From Ostreococcus lucimarinus (Eukaryota): DNA of 64,000 nt. The DNA is taken from assembly GCA_000092065.1 (NCBI GenBank), contig CP000583.1; one strand, written 5' to 3'. Shown piece after piece: positions 31,287 through 40,898 of the stretch. Made by a program: the position numbers and the translations under genes. Each line of letters starts with the position of its first letter. The first letter of the stretch is position 1. The notes below the pieces were generated by a model. It ran no database searches. It was not told the origin of the DNA and worked only from the letters and a program-made list of their open reading frames with translations.

Positions 31287-33131
31287 TTAACTCCCTGCGT
31301 GAGCCGCGGAGGCGACGTCGTTGCCGTACGCCGCGATGTTCTCTTCCAAAGTATCCAAGAGATGTCGCGAAGCCGCGGGCATGAACGCCTCGAGAACACA
31401 AAGTGAAGGCTTCACAACCAACTTGATAAAACCTAGCTGGTTGGATTGTGTGCTAGCCGGTCCCGCCAGACTTCTGTCCATGAAGGGTTCTACTCGCATC
31501 CCGAGTTTGCGTTGGCGATCTCCCTGCTTGTAGAACTCAGCCGTGACGGCTTGCGCCCAAGCCAACGCTAGCTCGTACGGGCGGGCGGGATTACTAATAT
31601 CTGCGCAATGTAGCGCGAATGCTAACGGTACCCAAATATTTTGCCACTGTTTAATCGGTTTGATACTATTCGTTTCCTCATCTTGTTCGTCCTCGATTTC
31701 CTTCAGCATTCGCTGCGTCAGCTCGCCATGGAACTCCATGTCGGTGTACATGATCATCTTTTGTAACCACTTCTTCAAGTCCGACTGCTCGGAATCTGTA
31801 AATTTCGCTAGCACCGCGTGCTTCTTGAGCAACGAAAAAGCTGTGAACAAGTGACCATTCTCGTTGACGCTCACATCGTTCCAACGCTCCGCCTCCGCGG
31901 ATTTACAGTTGACGAGAAATGTGTTGTTGACTCCAGGATGTCCCACATCGTGAGACATGGCGGCAACAAGCATTGCAAAAGTGTGTATAGGCTCAATCTG
32001 GGACTCTAAACTTGTCTCGATGAGATAAGCCGCGGCTTGAGTCACGTCGGTGGCGTGAACGCGATTGTGATAATCGTTGTCGCGATATTTCCTCTCAATG
32101 TCTGCAATAAAGTTTGAGACAGAATTGCGATCCAAAGGTAAAGCATGAAACAAATTGAAACGGTCAAACAAACCCATACTAAGCGTTTGAAGCGGACCTT
32201 TACGTCCGCGCTCGCACTCGCTGGCGAATTTGTAGATGTCGAACGACGTCCAACTCGTGTACATCGGATTCCTGCCTACATCGGCGAAAATTGTATTCAT
32301 GGACCCTCCCGGACTGTCCTCATCTCGCACGCCTTCACTGCTCGCCCGCGAAGGTAAAGAAGCGGCAGAATGATTTTGGCTCTGGATGTGATTTCTTGGT
32401 CCTCGCATCTCGATCGCCAACTGCGCCATGTTTTGCGCGAGCATGAGCGAGGAGTTGTCCGCCGTGAAAAACTGTTCGACGAAGCCTTTCGCGACTGGAT
32501 CGAGCAGATCCACCGCCGCCTGTTTGCTCGCCAAACTTCCATGAATCTGTAAAATCAACGCGTTCGCTAAACTCAGCGCGTTGGCGATCGCCTGTAACGT
32601 ATCTAATGGATCGCTATCTGAGCCGTGAGCGCGCTTGGAAGCTTCGAGGTCCACGAGACGGCGAACGGTGTGAAACATCGTGCGATACACCGAGTTCTCC
32701 GCAGCCGTCGACGTCCCCGGAACGAATTCACCGGTTTCCTCGTCCGCGATGATCTCATCGATCGCCGCATCCACCAACGCTTTCTTCGAGTTTGTCATCG
32801 TCGCGCCGGCGGCGGCTTGCCTGTACAGTTCGAGCGACCGTCTTCGAAGACTCTTTCGCCCCGGCGGTACCCGCGGGCTCGCGCTCGACGTCGCGAACTC
32901 CGTCAGCGTATCGCGAGACTCATAATCATCCAATTCGCTCGACTGCGACATCCGCTCGGTCCCCACCGCCCGAGTCGACCCGTTCTCGCTCAGCTCCCCG
33001 CTCCGCGCGCCCTTCGGCGACGTCGTCCCGTCCGCGCCGTCCCGAAGCGACCGTCTCCCCTCCGCGCTCGCGTTCTCCCTCCCCTCGTCCGAAGACGCTC
33101 GCGTCGACGTCTTCTTTCGAAAAAACCCCAT
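31287..33131 (-). CDS. 3',5'-cyclic nucleotide phosphodiesterase (class I catalytic domain)
   Basis: YHNRVHATDVTQAAAYL and HDVGHPGVNN metal-binding signatures of the PDEase_I domain. Confidence 0.8.
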   Translation of the reverse strand: MGFFRKKTSTRASSDEGRENASAEGRRSLRDGADGTTSPKGARSGELSENGSTRAVGTERMSQSSELDDYESRDTLTEFATSSASPRVPPGRKSLRRRSLELYRQAAAGATMTNSKKALVDAAIDEIIADEETGEFVPGTSTAAENSVYRTMFHTVRRLVDLEASKRAHGSDSDPLDTLQAIANALSLANALILQIHGSLASKQAAVDLLDPVAKGFVEQFFTADNSSLMLAQNMAQLAIEMRGPRNHIQSQNHSAASLPSRASSEGVRDEDSPGGSMNTIFADVGRNPMYTSWTSFDIYKFASECERGRKGPLQTLSMGLFDRFNLFHALPLDRNSVSNFIADIERKYRDNDYHNRVHATDVTQAAAYLIETSLESQIEPIHTFAMLVAAMSHDVGHPGVNNTFLVNCKSAEAERWNDVSVNENGHLFTAFSLLKKHAVLAKFTDSEQSDLKKWLQKMIMYTDMEFHGELTQRMLKEIEDEQDEETNSIKPIKQWQNIWVPLAFALHCADISNPARPYELALAWAQAVTAEFYKQGDRQRKLGMRVEPFMDRSLAGPASTQSNQLGFIKLVVKPSLCVLEAFMPAASRHLLDTLEENIAAYGNDVASAAHAGS

Positions 33132-33229
33132 CTCGCGCCGTCCGCCTCGTCCTCACCGCCGCGCGCGCGTCCTCGAGCGATCTCCGGCCCGCCTCGCGAT
33201 GAATCCTCGATGAATCCCCGCGTCGCGTC

Positions 33230-33570
33230 GTTCGACGCCCCGCGATCCCGCGATCCCGCGATCCCGCGATCCCGCGATTCGCGTCGCCTCGCGCGTCGTC
33301 GACCGCCGCGTCGTCGTCCCTCCGTCGACGCGCGCGATGAAGTCCCGCGTCGCCGTCGCCGTCGCCGTCGCCGTCGCGCGCGGGATAAACCCTAAGCGAC
33401 GCTTCACGACGCTTCACTCATGGGCTTTATCATCGCTCGAATGCGACGAAAACCATACGAGATCCGATCGGGCGATCGCGCGCGCCGATCGACGCACACC
33501 CGCGTGTGCGAATCCCGCGCGCGCCGATCGACGCACACCCGCGTGTGCGAATCCCGCGCGCGCGATCGCC
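33230..33570. repeat. Promoter-region repeat cluster: (cgcgatcc)5, (gtcgcc)5 and a tandem duplicated 40-bp unit containing the inverted repeat cgcaca-N6-tgtgcg
   Basis: gatcccgcgatcccgcgatcccgcgatcccgcgattcg at ~33235; cgatcgacgcacacccgcgtgtgcgaatcccgcgcgcgc present twice in tandem at ~33487-33565. Confidence 0.8.
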
Positions 33571-33845
33571 CGATCGGATCTCCCGCGCGAATCGGATCGC
33601 GTCGCGACGCGCGATCGATCTCATGGGCTCGAACATCGCGCGAACGCGAGGAAACCGACCGCGCGGGGATTTATATCATTTATATCGCGCCTCGCCCGCG
33701 CGCGCGCGCGTCCGACGTCGCGCGACAGGTCGCGACGCGCGACACGCGGATCGGATCGCGCGCGCGCCCGACGGTCGTCCGACGACGCGCGAACGAGGAC
33801 GACGCGCGACGCGCGAGACCGCGATCGAACGAGGACGCGCGAAGG

Positions 33846-34991
33846 ATGCGCGCGGCGACGACGACGACGCCGATGTCGCGGGCGATGCGGGCAACCGGTG
33901 TGGATAAACCTCGCGCGGTGCGGGCGTCCGCGGTGCGGGCGCGAGCGACGCGGGGAGGCGCGACGCGCGCGCGGGCGGCGGCGCAAGGGATCGAACAGGA
34001 GGTGAAGATCGACGCGGCGCCGACGACGCTGCTGAGAGAGGGATCGGGCGAGGAGGGGGACGCGACGCAGATGCGGGCGAGGTTTGAGAAGATGATTCGC
34101 GCGGCGCAAAATGAGATTTGCGACGCGATCACGGCGTTGGATGGGAAGCCGTTTCACGAGGACGCGTGGACGCGACCGGGTGGTGGTGGTGGGATCTCGC
34201 GCGTGTTGCAAGATGGGAACGTGTTCGAAAAGGCTGGCGTGAACGTGTCGGTGGTGTACGGACAGATGCCGCCCGAGGCGTATCGGGCGGCGACGGGGGA
34301 GGAAGGCGCGTCTAAGGAGATGATTCCGTTCTTCGCGGCGGGTATTTCGAGTGTTATGCACCCGCATAATCCGATGGCGCCGACCGTTCACTTCAACTAC
34401 CGTTATTTCGAGACGGATGCCCCCAAGGGCTCCGCGGGCGCGCCGCGCGCGTGGTGGTTTGGCGGCGGCACGGATTTGACGCCGTCGTACATTTTCGACG
34501 AAGACGTCACGCACTTCCACCAAACTTTGAAGGATATCTGCGATAAGCACGATGGCGAGTTTTACCCGAAGTTCAAGCAATGGGCGGATGATTATTTCAT
34601 GATCAAGCACCGCGGCGAACGTCGCGGCGTCGGCGGCGTCTTCTTTGACGACATGAACGACCGCAGCAAGGATGAACTCCTCGCGTTCGCGACGGACATG
34701 GCGGGCGGTGTCGTCCCGGCGTACGTCCCGCTCGTCGCCAAGCACAAGGACGATGAGTTCACGCCCGAACAACGCGCCTGGCAACAAATGCGCCGCGGTC
34801 GCTACGTCGAGTTCAACCTCGTGTACGACCGCGGGACGACGTTCGGTTTGAAAACCGGCGGTCGCATCGAATCCATCCTCATGTCTCTCCCGCGCTACTG
34901 CGAGTGGCAATACGACCACGCGCCCGAAGCCGGTTCTCGCGAGGCCGACGCGCTCGACGCTTTCAAGAACCCGAGAACGTGGTGCGCGTAA
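33846..34991 (+). CDS. CPOX: Oxygen-dependent coproporphyrinogen III oxidase (HemF/CPOX) with transit peptide
   Basis: [50 protein letters not shown] signature blocks; first plausible ATG ([14 protein letters not shown]) at 33846; TATA-like tttatatcatttatatcg ~160 bp upstream. Confidence 0.9.
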   Translation: MRAATTTTPMSRAMRATGVDKPRAVRASAVRARATRGGATRARAAAQGIEQEVKIDAAPTTLLREGSGEEGDATQMRARFEKMIRAAQNEICDAITALDGKPFHEDAWTRPGGGGGISRVLQDGNVFEKAGVNVSVVYGQMPPEAYRAATGEEGASKEMIPFFAAGISSVMHPHNPMAPTVHFNYRYFETDAPKGSAGAPRAWWFGGGTDLTPSYIFDEDVTHFHQTLKDICDKHDGEFYPKFKQWADDYFMIKHRGERRGVGGVFFDDMNDRSKDELLAFATDMAGGVVPAYVPLVAKHKDDEFTPEQRAWQQMRRGRYVEFNLVYDRGTTFGLKTGGRIESILMSLPRYCEWQYDHAPEAGSREADALDAFKNPRTWCA

Positions 34992-35393
34992 GCGCGCCTC
35001 GTCCCTCGAGCGCGTGCTCTCTTAGTTTCGCCTCGTTCCGTCGTCGCGTCGACGCGCGTCGACGCGCCGCCTGCCGAGGCCCCTTTACGCACCATTCAAT
35101 CATTCAAACGACGAAGATTCGAGTTTTAAAATCGAAATCAGAATTCACTCCCGTCGTCCCCGCGTCTCGCGCCCTCTCTCGCCGTCTCGCCCTCGTCCTC
35201 GCGCTCGCCCGCGGGCCACCGGTGGCTCGAGCCTCCGCCTCGCGCCGCGTCGCGTTCCGCACTCCTCCGCGCGCGCGACGTCCGCGCGCTCGACGCCGTC
35301 GCCGAAGAACGTCGACGCGAACGCGCGCGACTTCGTTCGCGCTTTCATCGACACGCACCGAGCTTCGACGCGCGGCGTCGAGCGTCGATCGCG

Positions 35394-35445
35394 ATGGGCG
35401 GAGACTCGTTGGTCGTCACCCCCACGGGAGAGCTTCCGTTTCAGT
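35394..35445 (+). CDS. VAP: VAP (VAMP-associated protein, MSP domain) exon 1: MGGDSLVVTPTGELPFQ
   Basis: ATG at 35394; donor T|GTGCGTGCG at ~35446; joins phase 1 to exon 2 giving ELPFQFELRKQ, matching plant VAP27 DLQFPFELKKQ. Confidence 0.65.
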
Positions 35446-35703
35446 GTGCGTGCGAACGACGCGCGAGCGCGCGGACGACGCGACGAGACGACGCGCGCGA
35501 CGCGCGCGCGAGAGACGGGATCGCGCGGCGACGCGCGACGCGAACGAGACGGTCGAAGGCGTTCGATCGCGAAGAGATCTTTGAATTTCAAAGTGGATTA
35601 TCGGAGACGCGGACGCGCGAGGCGCGCGTGTGATCGACGCGGTGACGAGGGAAGACGGGAGACTGACGATGAATCGATGAATGCGATGTTTCGCGAAACG
35701 CAG

Positions 35704-36266
35704 TCGAACTTAGAAAGCAGTGCGCGGCTGAACTGGTGTTGAAGAACCCCACGGGGGCGAAGCAGGCGTTCAAGGTGAAGACGACTTCGCCGAAGAAGTA
35801 TTGCGTCAAGCCAAACACTGGAATCGTCGAGCCCGGGGCCGAGATTAAGGTGACGGTGATGATGCAGGCGCATCGAGAGATGCCGGCGGACTTCAACGCG
35901 TGCAAGGATAAGTTTCTGATCCAATCGACGCCTAGCGGAGACTCTTCGGATATGACTGAGTTGTTCTCGCGACCGCCTACGAGTATCTCCGAGACTCGAC
36001 TTCGCGTGAAGTACGTCATGAGTGGTAAGACCGCGGCGATGGCCGAAGAGGTTACTCTTGCGCCGCCGCCGGCGAACGAGAGCGCGGAGCAGGAGCGGGC
36101 GCGCTTGCAGCGCGATGTGGCTCTCTTGCAGTCGCGAAACAAGGCGCTGGCGAACGACATGAATCTGATGATGAAGAAGGGCGGTAAGAGCATCGTTAAG
36201 GGTTTTACTTTGCTTCACATCTTACTCACGGCCATCTTGGCTTTCGTGCTCGGTCGTTATTTGTAA
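35704..36266 (+). CDS. VAP: VAP exon 2: MSP domain, coiled coil and C-terminal TM tail anchor
   Basis: (F)ELRKQCAAELVLKNPTGAKQAFKVKTTSPKKYCVKPNTGIV is the VAP/MSP signature; branch GACTGACGATG 40 nt upstream of acceptor CAG; C-terminal hydrophobic LLHILLTAILAFVLG; TGTAA overlaps the stop codon. Confidence 0.8.
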
Positions 36267-36387
36267 TCTCGAAATGTAGAAACGCCACTCAGAGTTGTGA
36301 CAATGAAAAAAGGTTTGCATTTATATTGAAACAAGCGCGCTTCTATGAATCAAAAGATAGAAGAAAAGATACACAAGACTGAAAAGA

Positions 36388-38103
36388 TTACAACCCGAGC
36401 TGCACGCGCGACTCGGATGATATTTCGTCGACATCTTCGGTTGACGCCTCTTCATCAGAGGTGTTGCCGATCGAGGTGTCGAGTAAACCGGTTTCGTCGC
36501 GCATGCGCTGAACGAAAATTCTGAACGACTCGAAAGCGAACGGACTGAAAAGCTCGGCGTTGAATCTCAAAAACGTGAAACAGGCCATCGGAGGAAGCAT
36601 TGTGCCCTCTCGCCACATTTCCTCGTCGTTGCCCTCTCCAGCGCAATTTTTGATGATTTTATCATACGCTGCCTGATCGAATCGACAGAGCGCGTTTTCG
36701 CCCGCGAAAGGGACATCGAATCGCGCACACGCTGAGCGAATCTGGCGCAATAAACCCTCGGGTCCGCAATAGCAGTACCACGGATGATCGCTGTCGTGCA
36801 TCTCGACACACGTAAAGTTCAAGCGAGCGCCGTGCTTCTTGCAAACTCTCACGATCGGGGCGTAGCCATCGCGTTCGGAAACAAATTCCCCGGCACGAGT
36901 GTTGAAATATCCAGCGGTAAGCTCTGCGGCGTGTGAACGAACGTTATACCACCAATGCACTCCTGCACATTTAATGGCGAGCGTCACTCCGCGTTTATCA
37001 AAGACTCGCTTCGTCATCTCGAGCATCCGATCGCCGTGGTTAACGAGTTCGCTCGAGTACCAAGACAAGAAGAACGATCCATATTCAGAGTCCCAACTAC
37101 CTCCGTCGTAACGAAAGAAACCGGTCTCAAAGGGTAGGTTGTTGTATCCGCCGGTGTCGTGCGGGCCCGATCCGCCCCACTCAATGTGTCCAGCCTCCGA
37201 CGCCGCGCGAGAGAGAGACAGAAGAGAGCGTTGATCGTAACATTGAAATTCACCAATACCGGGAAATCGCCATTGCGATGCTTTTTGCGCAAATCTGTTC
37301 TCTGGATACGCAGGATACCGCAACTCGCCGCATGGTCCGCAGCCGACGGCGATTTCAGTCAGCGTCGTTCCGAGCTCAGCCTTGAAGGTGTTTCTAAAAC
37401 TAATCATGAAGTCCTTGTACGTATTCATCGGTGTTCGTCCGGCCAACGTCGCGGCGTTGTCGGCCCAAAGCGAAATACACTCCGGATTCCGATAGCCGTA
37501 CTGATCGGTGAAGAACAAGTCTGGGTCCTTCTTCCCCGCTTCGAGCACCCAGTCGGGCAAAGGAATTTCCACGACGTCTCCAACGTTCGCCCCGCACGCG
37601 TGAAACGACATCACCGCCTGTACTTTCAAACCAGCGTCTTTTATCATGTCGATAACTTCTCTATACGCCGCCCAGTCGTACTTTCGCGGACCGTCGCGTT
37701 CGACGATGCCCCACCACACGTCGATCATCACGCCCTCGACTCCAATTTCGCTCAGCGCGCGCAACCCACGCTCGAGCGCCTCGGGATCGTTCACCTCACC
37801 ATCATTCGTCACCACGTTTAAAGGAAGCATCACGTACACCGGCACCGGCTTTCGCACGTACTTTGGCTCGAACGAATCCGCCGCCGCGCGTCCCACCTCC
37901 GCCGCGTCCCTCCCGTCGAACGCGCGCGTCCGCGTCATCGTCTCCCGTCGCCCCACCCCAGATCGTCGCTCGACCCACGCGCGTCGTCCGACTCCGCGCT
38001 CGCGTCGCGCGAGTCCTCCTCGCCGTTCGCGCCGCGCGTCCGCGCGCGTCGCGTTCGAAGACGTCCCCGCCGCGCCCACCATTTCCGCCCCCATCGCCCG
38101 CAT
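36388..38103 (-). CDS. BAM: Beta-amylase (glycoside hydrolase family 14) with N-terminal transit-like extension
   Basis: PVYVMLPLNVV..EIGVEGVMIDVWWGIVE and downstream GH14 blocks; TGTAA 3 nt after stop on the minus strand. Confidence 0.85.
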   Translation of the reverse strand: MRAMGAEMVGAAGTSSNATRADARRERRGGLARRERGVGRRAWVERRSGVGRRETMTRTRAFDGRDAAEVGRAAADSFEPKYVRKPVPVYVMLPLNVVTNDGEVNDPEALERGLRALSEIGVEGVMIDVWWGIVERDGPRKYDWAAYREVIDMIKDAGLKVQAVMSFHACGANVGDVVEIPLPDWVLEAGKKDPDLFFTDQYGYRNPECISLWADNAATLAGRTPMNTYKDFMISFRNTFKAELGTTLTEIAVGCGPCGELRYPAYPENRFAQKASQWRFPGIGEFQCYDQRSLLSLSRAASEAGHIEWGGSGPHDTGGYNNLPFETGFFRYDGGSWDSEYGSFFLSWYSSELVNHGDRMLEMTKRVFDKRGVTLAIKCAGVHWWYNVRSHAAELTAGYFNTRAGEFVSERDGYAPIVRVCKKHGARLNFTCVEMHDSDHPWYCYCGPEGLLRQIRSACARFDVPFAGENALCRFDQAAYDKIIKNCAGEGNDEEMWREGTMLPPMACFTFLRFNAELFSPFAFESFRIFVQRMRDETGLLDTSIGNTSDEEASTEDVDEISSESRVQLGL

Positions 38104-38919
38104 CCCTCCGTCGCTCGCGCTTCCGACGTCCCCGATTCACCGTCGCGTCCTCGCGCGCCGTTCGGTCGCGCGCGCGTCGCGCTTGCCCTCGCCTATCGCG
38201 CGAGCACCGCGTCGATCCCACGAATTCGCGCGTCCGACGACGATTGAATGCGCGGGAAACCTCGTCGTCGTCGCGTCGCGTCGCGCGCGTCCGCGCCCGC
38301 GCGTCGCGGACCCGTCGTCGCGGCGACCGCGATCGTCGCGCGCCTATCGCGCGAGCCGCGAGGCGTCCGCGATCGGCGCGCGCGTCTCTGGCGCGCGCGC
38401 GCGTCGACCGCGGTCGGCACCCGTCGCGATCGTCGGACTGTTTGCCCATAGGAAGGGACGTCCCGACGACGACGCCGTCGTCGGCGCGCGCGCGGCGCGA
38501 CTCGCCGACGCGCGCGCGCCGATCGCCGCATGGAGCCGGCGACGCTGACGGTCCTCGCGATCTGCGCGCTCGCGGGCGCGAAACTGTCCGTCGGGGGGTA
38601 CCTCGCGTGGACGCATCGCGGCGCGTGTCGACGCGAGCGCGGCGGACGCGCGGGCGCGGACGCGCGCGAGGAGGACGCGCGCGAGGACGCGAAGGCGGCG
38701 TGATTCGACGCGCGGGGATCGATCGGGGGCGCGGTCGGTCGGAACGCGCGCGCGCGCGCGCGCGCGGTGTGTTCGCGCTGGGAGTTTCGAGGGACGGTTG
38801 AATTAATCTCGTCGTCGTCGGCGCCGCGAGAAGAGACGCGCGCGCGCGGCGCGAGCGACGGGAGACGATGGGATGGACGGGAAGTTTGAGCGATTTTGCT
38901 ACTAAACGCTCGCTAGAGG

Positions 38920-40770
38920 TCATCGGACGCCGACGGAGACGATGTCCCACACGAGACGCCGACGGAAATATTCCATGTGTTTCTGGGAAAACGCGAGTTC
39001 GGCGCCGGCGGAGAGGTAGTCAGCGTATTTGATCATGAAGACGCCGCAATCGCATCCGTTCTTTTGCAGGGGGATGTCTTTGGGGTAGGCTTCGATCCAC
39101 TCGTCCGGGTCCCAGTCCTCGTTGAGTTTATTCTTTGCCTCGTCGATGAGCCAACGCTTGAGATTCTTCACCGCGACGCCGCTCTCGCCGAGGAGAGAGT
39201 CGTAGTAACTGATGCGCTTCTTGCGCGTATCGATCTCAGCGAGCACCCAGTGTACGGATTGATGAATCGGTACGAAGATTTTTTCGCAGCGCAACACGTC
39301 GTACTTGAGCTTCTTCGGCAACGTCCATCTTCGGACGTTCGAGTAGTCGTACATGTTGCTATCCTGGTACAACTTGTTGATGAAAAAGGTGCTGAAAAAG
39401 TGCACCTTTGGCTGCGTCTCTCCTTTGGGCATACTATTTATGGCGCGTTGAGACAGCAAACCGATGGCAAAATTTGCAACCTCGTCGTTCAACCACGTGC
39501 CCGTCTTCAGAGTGGCAATGTCTTTTCCAGTGGCGTCGAGTGCACCCTGACCGACGAACGAACCGCTCGCTAAGATCTGCGTCGACGGCGCTCGCAACGC
39601 ATCTTGAACAGCTTCGAGCTGAGCCGCGGTGAGCGGCTTGAGGAACTTTTTAGCGGCCTTTTCGCGCTCTCGTCGCCTCTTGTGTTCCTCAGCCTCGACG
39701 CTCAGGCGCGAGAGTTGTTCCTCTAACCCGCTCGAAGTGGACGCAGAGAGCACTTGGTTCAACTTCTCTCGCCTGATTCTCAACGTTTCTTGCATATCAC
39801 GAATTGTTGCCGCATGCTTTGCCGAGAGCGATTCCGTCGGCGCGGTCGCCGCGTCGCGGCGGCTGGCGCGGTCCTTCTCTAAAGCCGCTCTTTGCGAACG
39901 TCCGGCGAGCGTTCCGTTCTCATGAGACGCGATCAACGCCTTGTAGTCTGACAAACCTTTCGGATCGTCCCACTTGCGCGTGTTGACGTACTTTTTGAAC
40001 GCATCTCCGAAAATATTGACCTTTTCGAACCGCTTAAACGTCGCGGCGCCGCCAAATCCTCGCTCGACGTCGCGCCCGTTCGAATCTTCCAAAACGCGCG
40101 CGTCTCTCATCCCACTCTGCGTTGTCCCCATGATGACGTCCCCGTACCCTCTATATACTACAGCACCACCGATCTCACTTCGCACCGACGTCCCACCCGG
40201 TTTGCCAAACGCGCTCGCCGTCCTTCTCCACGCCGCGTCCCGTCTGGCCTCTCGCGCAAACGTTGACCCCGTCCCTCCGCCCTCCAGCGATCGATCGCGC
40301 CCACTCCCCCCCACAACGTCGTCAAACAATCCAAAACGTCTCGGCGGCGTCGAATACGGATGCGCACGCGCGTATGCCACGCGTTCGCTCCAAGGACTCG
40401 TTCGCTGCAGCGCCCCGCCCGGGACGAGCACCGGCGTCGCGTGATCGATCTCTCCCGACCTCGCCGCGGCGCGTCCGTGATCTCGCTCGAGCGCCTCTAG
40501 CGTAGAAATCGTCCTCTCGCCCGTCTGTCGATCGCGCGCGAGCCCGTCGCGGGCGTACGTCGTCGTCAGGGGATCTTTAAACACCGCGCTGCGCGGGTTC
40601 AAGTGGTGCTCGTGACGCGCGAGAATGTCGTCGCGCACGCTACCTCGAGCGCTCGCCGGCGCGTTCTCGTCGAACGGTCGATGCGATCGTGACATTCGCA
40701 CGCGTCGTGCGCGAGCACGGGACGCGGGACGCGCGCAGTGAGCGTCGCGGGACTCGAAGTGTGGGATCAT
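38920..40770 (-). CDS. ULP1: Ulp1-family SUMO-specific cysteine protease (peptidase C48)
   Basis: C-terminal catalytic domain with WLNDEVANFAIGLL, HQSVHWVLAEID (His), and QKNGCDCGVF (Gln/Cys) catalytic motifs; ATG at 40770. Confidence 0.8.
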   Translation of the reverse strand: MIPHFESRDAHCARPASRARARRVRMSRSHRPFDENAPASARGSVRDDILARHEHHLNPRSAVFKDPLTTTYARDGLARDRQTGERTISTLEALERDHGRAAARSGEIDHATPVLVPGGALQRTSPWSERVAYARAHPYSTPPRRFGLFDDVVGGSGRDRSLEGGGTGSTFAREARRDAAWRRTASAFGKPGGTSVRSEIGGAVVYRGYGDVIMGTTQSGMRDARVLEDSNGRDVERGFGGAATFKRFEKVNIFGDAFKKYVNTRKWDDPKGLSDYKALIASHENGTLAGRSQRAALEKDRASRRDAATAPTESLSAKHAATIRDMQETLRIRREKLNQVLSASTSSGLEEQLSRLSVEAEEHKRRREREKAAKKFLKPLTAAQLEAVQDALRAPSTQILASGSFVGQGALDATGKDIATLKTGTWLNDEVANFAIGLLSQRAINSMPKGETQPKVHFFSTFFINKLYQDSNMYDYSNVRRWTLPKKLKYDVLRCEKIFVPIHQSVHWVLAEIDTRKKRISYYDSLLGESGVAVKNLKRWLIDEAKNKLNEDWDPDEWIEAYPKDIPLQKNGCDCGVFMIKYADYLSAGAELAFSQKHMEYFRRRLVWDIVSVGVR

Positions 40771-40898
40771 CGTCCTGTCTTGTATGGGCGTCCGCTCGGC
40801 GACGGGGCGCGACGCGAGCGAGGACGTGGATGTGACGTGGATTGTGCAATATTCTGATTCGTGTTATTATGAGAAATGCTTCAGTTGCAGCGCTCAAA

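Noticed and set aside
37802-38950. Arg-rich ORFs 37802..38950 (minus) and 37863..38801 (plus)
   Set aside because: Mutually overlapping on opposite strands, >75% GC, composed almost entirely of R/A/G/P/S with no domain. This is the typical random-ORF behaviour of high-GC DNA.
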